Made by a program: the position numbers and the translations under genes. Shown here one piece after another: positions 30,431-40,192 of a stretch of DNA of 64,000 bases. The stretch covers positions 4,660 to 68,659 of the forward strand of contig JBAZGA010000004.1 of assembly GCA_041653115.1 (NCBI GenBank). Reading direction: 5' to 3'. This stretch comes from Candidatus Omnitrophota bacterium. GTDB taxonomy: Bacteria > Omnitrophota > Gorgyraeia > Gygaellales > Profunditerraquicolaceae. How positions within the stretch are numbered: the first letter of the stretch is position 1; each line of letters begins with the position of its first letter. The notes beneath the pieces were generated by a model. The model was not told the DNA's origin, did not search any database, and worked only from the letters and a program-made list of their open reading frames with translations.

Positions 30431-31168
30431 TTATTTTTGCTGTTGCAGGTAATTTTTTACTTTTTCCAAATCCTCAGGCGTATCTACGCCGATTGTATCG
30501 TATTTTGTTTCAATCGCCTTAATCTTGAAGCCTCCCTCCAAAACGCGTAATTGCTCTAAGCGCTCTATCCTTTCCAAACGCGAAGCCGGTAAATTCTTAT
30601 AGACGAAGAGAAAATCCTTGGTATATCCGTATAACCCGATATGCTTATAATAAACCGGTTCTTTCTCCTCGGAATTACGCGCGTGGTGCGGGATAGGCGC
30701 GCGGGAAAAATATAAGGCGAAATTGTTTTTATCAACCACCAATTTAACTATATTGGGATCGTTTAAATCCCGGGGATCCTCTATCCTTTTCATCGCGGTA
30801 GCCATGGAAACATTTTTATCGTCTAACAATTCCCGCGCCACCGCGTCAATCATCGTGGGATGGACTAACGGCTCATCTGCCTGGATATTGACCACGATCC
30901 TTACCTCTAAAGGATTAACCACTTCGCTGATCCTGTCGGTACCCGAAGCGTGCCCTTTGGCAGTCAAGACTGCCTTGGCGCCGAATTTTTTAGCCGCGGA
31001 AGCAACCCGCTCGTCATCGCAGGCAATAATCAAATCATCCAAAAGCTGCGCCTCTTTTGCCCGCTCATACACGTGCCGGAGCATAGGCTTGCCTAATATA
31101 TCCGCCAGGACTTTGCCCTCAAACCTCGTAGAAGAATATCTGGCCGGTATGACGCCGATGACATTCAT
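30431..31168 (-). CDS. kdsB: 3-deoxy-manno-octulosonate cytidylyltransferase (CMP-Kdo synthetase)
   Basis: 245 aa with N-terminus VIPARYSSTRFEGK and NIQADEPL. Confidence 0.9.
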   Translation of the reverse strand: MNVIGVIPARYSSTRFEGKVLADILGKPMLRHVYERAKEAQLLDDLIIACDDERVASAAKKFGAKAVLTAKGHASGTDRISEVVNPLEVRIVVNIQADEPLVHPTMIDAVARELLDDKNVSMATAMKRIEDPRDLNDPNIVKLVVDKNNFALYFSRAPIPHHARNSEEKEPVYYKHIGLYGYTKDFLFVYKNLPASRLERIERLEQLRVLEGGFKIKAIETKYDTIGVDTPEDLEKVKNYLQQQK

Positions 31169-32182
31169 TTATTTTATTCTTTCCCGCAATTCCTGCCGGC
31201 TGGTGACTGCCGTGCCTAATTTTCCAACGACAATTCCCGCGGCAAAATTAGCCAGGTGAGCCGCCTCTATCTTTTTTGCCTGGCAGGAAAGAGCCAGGGT
31301 AAAGGTGGCGATAACCGTATCCCCGGCGCCGGAGACATCAAAAACCTCCTGGGCCACGGTAGGGATGTGGGTGATACGCCCGCTCCTGTCAAACAGGCGC
31401 ATCCCTTGCTCGCCCAGAGTGACTAAAAGCGAATCTAAATTCAGGTACTGCATAATTTCTTTAGCGGCTAAGTCAATATCGCTGTCCGTAAATAAACGGT
31501 CGGTATTGACTTTAAAGGAATTCGTGCAGTCTTTTATCTTTAAATTCCGCACGGCATTTTCCAGCTCGCGGCGGTTAGGAGTAATCGCGGTCACCCCGCG
31601 GTAAAATTGGAAATGTTCTTCCTTGGGGTCGACGGTAATGATTTTTCTGCTTTTTCGGGCCAGCTTAATAAGTTCCCCCAAAAGATGCGCATTAATTACG
31701 CCTTTGCCGTAGTCTTCAATAATGATGCCGTCAAAATCCTCAATATTTTTCCGGATAAACTTAATGATTCTTTCGTTCAGTTCCCGGGAAAGCGAATCGG
31801 TATGCTCCCAATCAAGCCTCACTACCTGCTGATGGCCGGCAACAATCCGGCTCTTGACCGTAGTGTGCCTTTTTGCTTCGACAAATATACCTTCGGCGTT
31901 TATCTTTCTTTTTTTTAACTCCGTTAATAAAATATCCCTATTTTCATCCTTGCCGATCACGCCCACCAGCGAGACCTTGGCGTCAAGGGCACGGATATTA
32001 TGCGCCACGTTAGCCGCTCCTCCCGGCACATAAGTCCTTTTCTTTGCCCAGACTACCGGGACCGGCGCCTCCGGGGAAATCCTCTCGACATCGCCCCAGA
32101 TGTATTCGTCTAAAATCAAGTCGCCGATTACCAGAATCTTGGCCTTAGGGAATTTATTGACGATATTTTTCAGGTCTTTCAT
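31169..32182 (-). CDS. D-glycero-beta-D-manno-heptose-7-phosphate kinase (HldE/RfaE domain I, PfkB family), stand-alone
   Basis: 337 aa. KILVIGDLILDEYIWGDVERISPEAPVPV (RfaE kinase N-terminus) and the PfkB GAGDT motif; no adenylyltransferase domain. Confidence 0.8.
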   Translation of the reverse strand: MKDLKNIVNKFPKAKILVIGDLILDEYIWGDVERISPEAPVPVVWAKKRTYVPGGAANVAHNIRALDAKVSLVGVIGKDENRDILLTELKKRKINAEGIFVEAKRHTTVKSRIVAGHQQVVRLDWEHTDSLSRELNERIIKFIRKNIEDFDGIIIEDYGKGVINAHLLGELIKLARKSRKIITVDPKEEHFQFYRGVTAITPNRRELENAVRNLKIKDCTNSFKVNTDRLFTDSDIDLAAKEIMQYLNLDSLLVTLGEQGMRLFDRSGRITHIPTVAQEVFDVSGAGDTVIATFTLALSCQAKKIEAAHLANFAAGIVVGKLGTAVTSRQELRERIK

Positions 32183-33108
32183 ATCTTATCAATGACTGCC
32201 TGGGCTAATAAGGGAAGCATTATCTCATGATGCCCGACGATATAATAACCTTTACCCCCGGGCTCTACCGGACGGGCAACCACATTCTGCGCCGGACGGT
32301 AATGATGGATCATGTCGAAATTGGCAGTGGTAAAATTTTTTACCCGGTTGCCGAGGTTACGCGCTAAGTTGAGGGCTTTTAAAAATACTTCGGGCAATAT
32401 CACTGCCGAGCCGAAATTTAAGGCTGCGCCCCCCTGATTTAACCGGCAAACTTCTTCTACAAGCTGGTGAAAATCCCGCAAACTCCCTTCCGCAGTCAGG
32501 CCGGCATCAAAAGAAGGGTGCTGATGGATAATATCCGTGCCGATGGCTGTAAACACGCAAACCGGCACCTTGTATTTAGCGGCATTATAAAGCAGGCTTA
32601 AATGCTTATAGCGTAATTTTGCGGCGCTGATTTTAGCGGCGACAGCCTCCCCTAATCCCGAACCCTCTGACACACCTTCACTTACAGCTCTGTTAAGAAA
32701 ATCTGCGGTCTCCCTCCCCATCCCGAATCTGCCGGTTTTTAAATTCTCGCCTACGTCTTCGGAGGTTTTCCCCTGAAAGGCAACCTCAAAATCGTGGATG
32801 ATCCCTGCTCCGTTTAAGCAAACGCAGGTGATTACCTTCTTTTTTAAGAGCTCGATTACTACCGGATTAAGGCCGCACTTAATCACGTGCGCCCCGGCCA
32901 TAAAAATCACGGCTTTCTTCTTTTTGCGGGCCTTGACTATTGCCTGGCTGATATTGTGTAAATCTCTGGCTTTTAAGATACCGGGAAGTGAATGATAGAA
33001 CGCGGAAAAACTCTTTGCTTTGGCCGGCGGCTTGGCAAAATCGCCGAGCTTGACCTTGCTGTACCTTGTCCTTACCGAATACGTCTTTACTTTTTTTATA
33101 TTAATCAT
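32179..33108 (-). CDS. deoxyhypusine synthase (DHS)-family protein
   Basis: 309 aa. Blocks align with DHS by eye: AVIFMAGAHVIKCGL...VITCVCLNGAGIIHDFE against CTIFLGYTSNLISSGIRE...VLVTTAGGVEED, and FTTANFD against NTAQEFD. ATGA-coupled to the hldE kinase gene. Confidence 0.45.
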   Translation of the reverse strand: MINIKKVKTYSVRTRYSKVKLGDFAKPPAKAKSFSAFYHSLPGILKARDLHNISQAIVKARKKKKAVIFMAGAHVIKCGLNPVVIELLKKKVITCVCLNGAGIIHDFEVAFQGKTSEDVGENLKTGRFGMGRETADFLNRAVSEGVSEGSGLGEAVAAKISAAKLRYKHLSLLYNAAKYKVPVCVFTAIGTDIIHQHPSFDAGLTAEGSLRDFHQLVEEVCRLNQGGAALNFGSAVILPEVFLKALNLARNLGNRVKNFTTANFDMIHHYRPAQNVVARPVEPGGKGYYIVGHHEIMLPLLAQAVIDKI

Positions 33109-33194
33109 CTAAATTTTAATCTTATCACAAATCTCCGCTAAATCAACCTTAAAATTAGTGTTTTTAGCGTGCGAGCAAAGCCCGCAGCAAAATA

Positions 33195-35219
33195 TCAAGT
33201 CTTCAAAACTTCATCCGCCACGTCAACGACGTCATTGACCGTAATCGCCTTCAGGCAGGCGAATTCTTTAACGCAGTCATGCGCCAGGCACTGGATGCAG
33301 CCGACTTCCTTATGGAGAAACCTGTCCTTCCCTCCCAGCGGCCCCCAACGCTTGGGGCTTAAGCCTTGCTGGTTCCTGCCAAAGATAGAAATTACCGGCG
33401 TGCCGACCGCGGAAGCGATATGCACCGGCCCGGAATCATTGGAGATAAACAACGCGCATCTTTTCAAGACGCTGGCTAATTGGCTGACCGATGTCTTGCC
33501 GGCAAGATTAACCGCGTAATGATGCATGTTTTTCTGCATATCCTGCGCTAATTTTATGTCTTTGGGCCCGGCAATCACTAAAACCTTGAAAGCGTATTTT
33601 TCAATTAACCGGTCGGCGACCTGGGCAAACCTCTCTTTTGGCCAGATCTTGGACGGGCAGCTGGCGCCCGGATGGACCGCTAATAATTTATCCGCCCTGG
33701 CAATCCCCTCTTTTTCCAAAAGCTGCTCTACCCAGGCTTCTGATTCCGGCTTTATCGGCATCAGCGGCTTTTTCTCCTGCGGCTCAATGCCTAAATATCT
33801 TAATAAATCCAGACTATATTCCAATTCATGTTTCTCCCCGGTTTGTTTGCTGTGTTTTATTCTATCGGTAAGCAGAAACCCCAGCTTGCGGTCATAACCT
33901 ATTCTTCTGGGTATGCCGGCGAGAAATGCGACTAAATGCGCGCGGTTTGTCGGATGCAGGATGACCGCCAGGTCAAATTTCTTTTTCTTCAGTCTCGCGG
34001 CAAACTTTAGGGACCCGGCCCAACTGCGCTGCTTTCCCTCTTTATCATAAATGATTACGTCGTCCAGGTAAGGATTGCCGTCCACGATATCCTTGGCATA
34101 CGGGGAAACCATCATCGCCAGGTAGGCATAGGGATACTCGTCCCTTAAGACCTTGATTACCGGCGTTGACAAAAGCACGTCTCCGATTCTATCCGTACGG
34201 ATAACCAATATGCGTTTGTATATATCTTCGTCGCTTTGAAATGTGAAATTTGAGCGATGAATTAATATGTTCCTTATTTCTCTCAACGCATCCTCAACCC
34301 TTACCATCTTCATGCACTGTAAGTCTCCGAACCGGCATTGCGCCTTCTGGCAGGGCCGGCAAAAAATTTCTTTTTTTAGCAGCGCGGAAGTTTCCGACCA
34401 GGGGCCGTATTTTACTGCGCTGGTAGGGCCGAATATCGCCACGACAGGTATATTCAAATAGCTGGCTAAATGCAGCAGCGCGCTATCGTTAGTTAAACAT
34501 AGCCTCGCGCCCTTCAATAAACAAGCGAGTTCCGGGATACTGGTTTTTCCGGCCAAATCCACTACCGGATAGCGGGAATGTTCGGCGATATACTTAGTCA
34601 AGGGGGCATCGTCTTTATCCCCTGCCAAAATTACTTTTAACTTAAACTCCCCTACAAGAGCCGGGATTAACTCTAAGAATCTATCGGCGGGCCAACGCTT
34701 GATGTGGCTGCGCGCCCCGGGAGATATAACTATTACTTTATCCTTTTCGCTAATGCCGTTTTCCCGCAGCAGCCCCCGGATATATTCCTTGTCCTCCGGC
34801 TTGATATATAAAGAGCTGTGCGGCAATCCTTCTGTTTTTAATTTTAAATTCCGGATTTTATAGAGGTGCCTTTCCTTCATGTGCCTGATCTTTCCCATAA
34901 TCCGCAAGAGAGACGCAGTCCGGTATTTACTGGGAAGAAGCCAGCCAAAAAGGCTGTTACGTAAATCAACCACGAGGTCGAATTTATCTTTTTTTAATTC
35001 CCCGAATAATCCTATCTTTTCTCTAAGCTTTGCCCGTTTATCATAAATAATCAACCGTTTTATACAGGGATTGTTTTCAAAAATTTCTTTCGGCCGGGGC
35101 CCGGTCATCACCGTGATTTTTGCCTCGGGAAAATTTTCCCTTAAGGCGTCCAGGACCGGTAAGGTCAGGATACAATCGCCGATATTGCTTAAGGTAATGA
35201 ATAAAATCTTATTAATCAT
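33195..35219 (-). CDS. tandem double GT9 (ADP-heptose:LPS heptosyltransferase) fusion protein
   Basis: Two complete GT9 units (KILFITLSNIGDCIL... and ILVIRTDRIGDVLL...), each ending in a CxxC-containing tail. I prefer the start at the ATG 35217-35219 (MINKIL), which gives an ATGA overlap with the upstream gene; the ORF track extends to 35267. Confidence 0.8.
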   Translation of the reverse strand: MINKILFITLSNIGDCILTLPVLDALRENFPEAKITVMTGPRPKEIFENNPCIKRLIIYDKRAKLREKIGLFGELKKDKFDLVVDLRNSLFGWLLPSKYRTASLLRIMGKIRHMKERHLYKIRNLKLKTEGLPHSSLYIKPEDKEYIRGLLRENGISEKDKVIVISPGARSHIKRWPADRFLELIPALVGEFKLKVILAGDKDDAPLTKYIAEHSRYPVVDLAGKTSIPELACLLKGARLCLTNDSALLHLASYLNIPVVAIFGPTSAVKYGPWSETSALLKKEIFCRPCQKAQCRFGDLQCMKMVRVEDALREIRNILIHRSNFTFQSDEDIYKRILVIRTDRIGDVLLSTPVIKVLRDEYPYAYLAMMVSPYAKDIVDGNPYLDDVIIYDKEGKQRSWAGSLKFAARLKKKKFDLAVILHPTNRAHLVAFLAGIPRRIGYDRKLGFLLTDRIKHSKQTGEKHELEYSLDLLRYLGIEPQEKKPLMPIKPESEAWVEQLLEKEGIARADKLLAVHPGASCPSKIWPKERFAQVADRLIEKYAFKVLVIAGPKDIKLAQDMQKNMHHYAVNLAGKTSVSQLASVLKRCALFISNDSGPVHIASAVGTPVISIFGRNQQGLSPKRWGPLGGKDRFLHKEVGCIQCLAHDCVKEFACLKAITVNDVVDVADEVLKT

Positions 35220-36229
35220 AATTTTATTTTCTCGAATACTTCTTCCGGGGTAATTGCCTTCATGCAATGGTTATTTTTGCAATCTATCGCATAACAGGGG
35301 ATGCGGCAGCCTACTTTTTTCTGGATGACGATCACGTTAGCCGACGGGTAAGGCCCGGTTACCGCCGGGGAGGTGGGGCCAAAAAGCGCGATGATTTTTT
35401 TTGCCCCGACTGCATTGGCGATATGCAGCGGCCCGGTGTCCGCGGTAATAAATAAATCCGCCTTCTTTGCCAGCGCCCCCAGCTGCTTGAGGTTAAATAC
35501 GCCGCAGGCCAATAGGGGCTTGTCTTTCATTAAATTTTTAATTTCCTGTGCCAGGGGTATATCGGAAACGCTGCCGCTAACGATTACCTTGGCATTTAAT
35601 TTATGGATTAATTTATCCGCCAGGAGCGCCCAGTATTCCTTTGGCCAGCGCTTGGGAAGCCAGTTGCCCCCGGGGTTAATTACCGCCAGAAAATCACCCT
35701 TGCCGACTGAGTTTTTGCTTAAAAAGCTGTCTACCGACGCCGTATCTTCATCACCCGTAAAAAAGTCCAGATACCTGTCTTCAAGCCGCAAGCCGGCCTT
35801 CTCAAGGATATTCAGGTAATAATCGATGCGGTGCAGTGAATCTTTAGCCGGCGGCAGGATACCCTGGGTTAAGAGAAAAGCCCGCTTCCTGGTATAGTAA
35901 CCTATCCTGCTGGGTATCCCTGCCAGGCGACAGAGCAGCGCGCGGGTAAAAGAACGGTGCAATAAAAATGCGGTATCGAAGTTTTTCCCTTTCAAGAATT
36001 TTACAAAATTTAATTTCGCGACAATCCCTTTATGCCGGTCATCGTCGTCAAAGATAATGATTTCATCCAGATGGGGATTGCCTTTTAAAACCGGGTAACA
36101 GCGGCTGGGGATGACGCAGGCGAGAAAGCTCTGCGGAAAATTCCGCCGGATATTCCTGATCGCGGCGGTAGAAAATAATACGTCTCCCAGCCAGTTCACG
36201 TTAAAAATAAGTATGCGTTTATTCTCCAT
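35216..36229 (-). CDS. GT9 lipopolysaccharide heptosyltransferase
   Basis: 337 aa. ILIFNVNWLGDVLFSTAAIRNI and GPLHIANAVG motifs. Confidence 0.8.
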   Translation of the reverse strand: MENKRILIFNVNWLGDVLFSTAAIRNIRRNFPQSFLACVIPSRCYPVLKGNPHLDEIIIFDDDDRHKGIVAKLNFVKFLKGKNFDTAFLLHRSFTRALLCRLAGIPSRIGYYTRKRAFLLTQGILPPAKDSLHRIDYYLNILEKAGLRLEDRYLDFFTGDEDTASVDSFLSKNSVGKGDFLAVINPGGNWLPKRWPKEYWALLADKLIHKLNAKVIVSGSVSDIPLAQEIKNLMKDKPLLACGVFNLKQLGALAKKADLFITADTGPLHIANAVGAKKIIALFGPTSPAVTGPYPSANVIVIQKKVGCRIPCYAIDCKNNHCMKAITPEEVFEKIKL

Positions 36230-36234
36230 CTTAT

Positions 36235-37023
36235 TTAGTCGTCACGGCGCTCTTTGATAAAGGTATAAAAACCCGAGGTCTCAATCCAGAAAACAAACAT
36301 ATTCCTGGAGGTCTCCGAAATCCTCAATCGTTTCAAAGCAAAGATATCGCTATCGGAGTATTGTCTTCCCGGGCTCGTTGCTACCGCAGCTTCATATCCG
36401 GCGGCAATCACCAGCCCTCTTATTTTATCATTAAACCTGCCTTCGGGATAACTAAATGTTGTGACTTCGCGGCCTAAATTTTTTTCCAGTATTTTTTTGG
36501 AAGCAAATATCTCTCTTCTTAAATCCTCTTCCGATTTAATATTTGTCAAAGGCTCTGGTCCCAGGCAATGGCTGCCAAAACTAACCAGGCCCGAATCCCG
36601 CATCTGCCGGATCTCTTTCCAGCTTAAACGGTCAGGACCATTCACTTCATTCACGATAATAAAGATTGTCGCCGGCAAATTGTATTTCTTAAGTATCGGA
36701 AAAGCCAACGCATAATTATCTTTATAACCGTCATCAAAGGTTATCGCCATGGTGCGCGGGGGGATTTTCTTTTTTTCTTTGAGCAGAGTCGCTATTTCCT
36801 CCAAAGGCAACACGTTATACCGGTTATTTTTTAGAAAACGTATCTGCCTTTCAAAAGTCTGCGGCGAAACAATTAATCTCGCCATATAAGGGTTCTTTTC
36901 GGTATTAATGGAGTGGTACATCAATACCGGCACTACATATTTCTGGCGCAAGAAACCTGCCAGCAAAAAGACGGCTAATAATACTCCGGCTAAAATGGAA
37001 ACTATTATTCTTTGCCTGCGCAC
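36235..37023 (-). CDS. polysaccharide deacetylase (NodB-homology, CE4)
   Basis: 262 aa. TM anchor and the TFDDGY motif. Confidence 0.8.
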   Translation of the reverse strand: MRRQRIIVSILAGVLLAVFLLAGFLRQKYVVPVLMYHSINTEKNPYMARLIVSPQTFERQIRFLKNNRYNVLPLEEIATLLKEKKKIPPRTMAITFDDGYKDNYALAFPILKKYNLPATIFIIVNEVNGPDRLSWKEIRQMRDSGLVSFGSHCLGPEPLTNIKSEEDLRREIFASKKILEKNLGREVTTFSYPEGRFNDKIRGLVIAAGYEAAVATSPGRQYSDSDIFALKRLRISETSRNMFVFWIETSGFYTFIKERRDD

Positions 37024-38105
37024 TCCAGATACACCCCTTCCGTCTCTTTAATCATTTCTTCCTGCGAAAAACTTTCCCTGATAAAATTTCTCGCGTCAAC
37101 TCCCAGGTCCGCTCTTTTTTTTGCGTCATTAAGCAATCTTAATATTGCTTCGGATAGCCCGGCAACATCTGCCGGTTCGACTAATATGCCGTTTTTGCCG
37201 TCCTGAATCAAGCTTTTGATGCCGCCGACCCGCGAGCCAACCACTGCCAGCCCTTGCGCCATTGCCTCCATTAAAGCCAGGCCCAGCCCTTCTTTAAGAG
37301 AAGGCATCACGAATACGTCCATCACCGGGAGGATTTCTGCCGTATCCAAAACCGGCGGGATAAAAAAGACACTTCTCTTTATCCCGAGCTGCCGGCTTAA
37401 GCCGGCTAATTCCCTCTGCATCCTGCCTTTGCCGACAATCAATAACTGCGCCTGCGGCATATTTTCTAAAACACTTTTCATCGCTTCCAGCAGGTAAACG
37501 TGCCCCTTGACATCGGATAGCCGCGCGATGATCCCGATTACCGGAGCGCTGCTTAAACCCAGCTCTTTCCTTTTTTGTATTGAGTATCGGGCATCGTGTT
37601 TTGTGTACCTTTCGATATCTATCCCATTATGGATTATCTTTATTTTTTCTTCCTCCACGCCAAAATCCTTCACCAGGTGCTCTTTAACCTGCCCGCTTAT
37701 AGCAATCACCTTCTTGCCCCAGCAGGGAAAAATCCTGCGCGATAGCCTTCTTTTAAAGAATCCGTGGCAGGTGGAAATAAAGGGCTTTCCTGAATAACGG
37801 CTGAGTAAACAGGCCAATACCTGCGTGACGCGCGTATGCGCATGGATTATATCAATGTTCTTTTCTTTCGTAACTTTGAGCAATTTTACCAGGCTGATGA
37901 AGACCTTCGGGCTAAGCTCGGATTTTGTCTTGATGGGGATAGGGATATAAGTCACGCCTTCCTCCCGTAATCGGCCAAGCAGTTCTCCCGAGCTTGTAGC
38001 GACATAAAGATTGTGGCCCCTTTTTTTAAGGCCCTTGCCCAAGGTTAAAACATAGCTGGAAATACCGCCGATATCTAAATGACTGGTAAGCTGTATGATA
38101 TTCAT
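37005..38105 (-). CDS. GT4 glycosyltransferase (RfaG-like)
   Basis: 366 aa. GT-B GT4 pattern with the C-terminal EGLGLALMEAMAQGLAVVGSRVGG motif. Confidence 0.8.
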   Translation of the reverse strand: MNIIQLTSHLDIGGISSYVLTLGKGLKKRGHNLYVATSSGELLGRLREEGVTYIPIPIKTKSELSPKVFISLVKLLKVTKEKNIDIIHAHTRVTQVLACLLSRYSGKPFISTCHGFFKRRLSRRIFPCWGKKVIAISGQVKEHLVKDFGVEEEKIKIIHNGIDIERYTKHDARYSIQKRKELGLSSAPVIGIIARLSDVKGHVYLLEAMKSVLENMPQAQLLIVGKGRMQRELAGLSRQLGIKRSVFFIPPVLDTAEILPVMDVFVMPSLKEGLGLALMEAMAQGLAVVGSRVGGIKSLIQDGKNGILVEPADVAGLSEAILRLLNDAKKRADLGVDARNFIRESFSQEEMIKETEGVYLECAGKE

Positions 38106-40192
38106 GGCTTCAATAACCGATCAATCGCCTCTGATACTTCTTCCGGTCTGATGAGTTCCATGCATTTTTTATTTTTACACTTTGTTTTATAGCAGGGGCT
38201 GCAGTCCAGGTCTTTCTTGAGCAAAATATAATTTCCCGCCGGCACCAGGTGCCGTTTGGGGTCCGTAGGTCCAAAAAACGCGATAAACGGCGTATTCATT
38301 GCCGCGGCAATATGCAGAGGGGCTGAATCCGGTGAAATATAGACGGCACATTTCCTGATTAAGCAGGCAAGCTGATTAACCGTGGTCTTTGCGCAGGCAT
38401 TGATTAATTTGGTGTTTTTCACCGCCTTGATTAAAAGCTCTGCCTGGGGCAGGTCTTTCTCCGTACCGGTAATCACAATCCGCATTTCCTTACGGCCTAA
38501 ATTTTCGCAAAGCTCGATAATCTGCCGCAGGGACCAGTTTTTAGTCGGCCACCTAAGGCTGGCGCTGATATTTATCCCGACCAGCTTCTGGTTGGCGCTT
38601 ACCCATTCCGACTCCAGGAGTTCTTCTATATAATGCTCGTCTTCTTTACTCGGCCAAAGCTCCAGGCGCGGGTTCTTTAGATCTATGCCTAACAGCTTTA
38701 AGGCGCGGAATTGATGCGTCAGGGGATCCAGGGGTGCTTTATCGTCTTTGATGCCGTGGTTAAGCAGAAAGCCGAATTTCTTATTATTATACCCATAGCG
38801 GTTTAAGGCTAAACTGAAAGCGGCCAAAAGATGGCTCTTGCGGTTATTCTGCAAATCAATCACCAGGTCAAAATTCTTCTTTCTTAAAACCCTGGCTAAT
38901 TTCCAGAGGCCGGCTATTCCCTTGTCCTTGTTTTTGAAATCGCAGACCAGTAATTCATCGATATGGGGAGAACGCAAAACGACGTCCTTGGCTTCTTCGC
39001 TTACCAGAAAAGTAATTTTATGGCCGGGGAATTTTTCCCTGATTGCCCTGAGTGCCGCCGTGGAAAGTATCACGTCGCCGACGGAACTGAATTTAATCAC
39101 CAGGATATTCAGGCTGGAGAACGCGTCCTGATAGACCTTAAGGGTATTTTCTACCATCAACTCTATATTGTATTTTTCCTTTACTTTTTTATAGGCATTT
39201 TCCGCTAAATTATGCGCCAGTTGTTTATCTCTAAATATCCTGGCTATCGCCTCGCTCATGCCTTGCGGGTCGGAAGGGGCGACTAATAACCCGTTTATCC
39301 CGTCTTGAATAATATCGACAACCCCTCCTACTTTCGTCGCCACTACCGGCACGCCCGCTGCCTGCGCTTCGATAATTACCCTGCCGAAGGCCTCCTGGGT
39401 AGTTGTCGCCAGCACCAGGCAATCCAGATTTACCAGTATCGCCGGTATATCTCTCTGGTTGCCTAAAAATTCCGTGCAGTGCCACAGCCCCAGCCTCCTG
39501 ACTAAAACCTGCACCTGTTCTTTATACGCCTGCTTGGATAGAGGCGCCTCCCCGACAATCCAGATCTTAAGCCGGGGGATGGTCCTGGCCACCTTAGCCA
39601 TGGCTTTAATAAAATCCAAATGGCCCTTTATCGGCGTGATTCTTCCGATAATACCGACATTGAACTCATCGCTTCTTTTTACGTCGGGTTTTAAGAATTT
39701 GAATCTTTCCAGAGAGACGCTGCGCGGTATTAATTTGATGCGTTCGTAGGGAACCGAAAAATCATCGAGCATGTGCCTGGCAACCGCGTTACTTAAAACG
39801 ATTACCCTTTTCGCCCAGCCCATTACATAACTAAAAGGGTGTCTGCGGTAATAACCGTGGCAGGTCGTAATAAATACTTTTCCGGTTTTACGCGCCGCCA
39901 GATACGCGCTCCAGGCAGGTACCCGGGAACGCGCGTGGATAATATCTATATTTTCCTTATTGATAATCTCGACTAATTTAGGCACCATCTTGATTACCGT
40001 GAACAGCGACTTCTTATGTACCGGCAGTTGATAATGGATGGCGCCGTAAGATTCAAGTTCGCCGACCAGCTCTCCGCCGGCGGAAACTACTACCGCTTTA
40101 TGCCCTGACTTGACCAGGTATCTGGCTAAATCCAGAGTTCCCGTCTCAACCCCGCCCACATTCAGCTCAGGCAATACCTGAAGTATGTTCAT
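38102..40192 (-). CDS. GT4 glycosyltransferase fused to a GT9 heptosyltransferase domain
   Basis: 696 aa. The N-terminal ~350 aa are GT4 (EAFGRVIIEAQAAGVPVVATKVGG); the C-terminal half is GT9 (ILVIKFSSVGDVILSTAALRAI...APLHIAAAM). Confidence 0.8.
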   Translation of the reverse strand: MNILQVLPELNVGGVETGTLDLARYLVKSGHKAVVVSAGGELVGELESYGAIHYQLPVHKKSLFTVIKMVPKLVEIINKENIDIIHARSRVPAWSAYLAARKTGKVFITTCHGYYRRHPFSYVMGWAKRVIVLSNAVARHMLDDFSVPYERIKLIPRSVSLERFKFLKPDVKRSDEFNVGIIGRITPIKGHLDFIKAMAKVARTIPRLKIWIVGEAPLSKQAYKEQVQVLVRRLGLWHCTEFLGNQRDIPAILVNLDCLVLATTTQEAFGRVIIEAQAAGVPVVATKVGGVVDIIQDGINGLLVAPSDPQGMSEAIARIFRDKQLAHNLAENAYKKVKEKYNIELMVENTLKVYQDAFSSLNILVIKFSSVGDVILSTAALRAIREKFPGHKITFLVSEEAKDVVLRSPHIDELLVCDFKNKDKGIAGLWKLARVLRKKNFDLVIDLQNNRKSHLLAAFSLALNRYGYNNKKFGFLLNHGIKDDKAPLDPLTHQFRALKLLGIDLKNPRLELWPSKEDEHYIEELLESEWVSANQKLVGINISASLRWPTKNWSLRQIIELCENLGRKEMRIVITGTEKDLPQAELLIKAVKNTKLINACAKTTVNQLACLIRKCAVYISPDSAPLHIAAAMNTPFIAFFGPTDPKRHLVPAGNYILLKKDLDCSPCYKTKCKNKKCMELIRPEEVSEAIDRLLKP

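Noticed and set aside
29942-30550. 202-aa plus-strand ORF spanning the kdsA/kdsB junction
   Set aside because: It is antisense to two well-supported, motif-confirmed genes, with low-complexity translation and no independent support.
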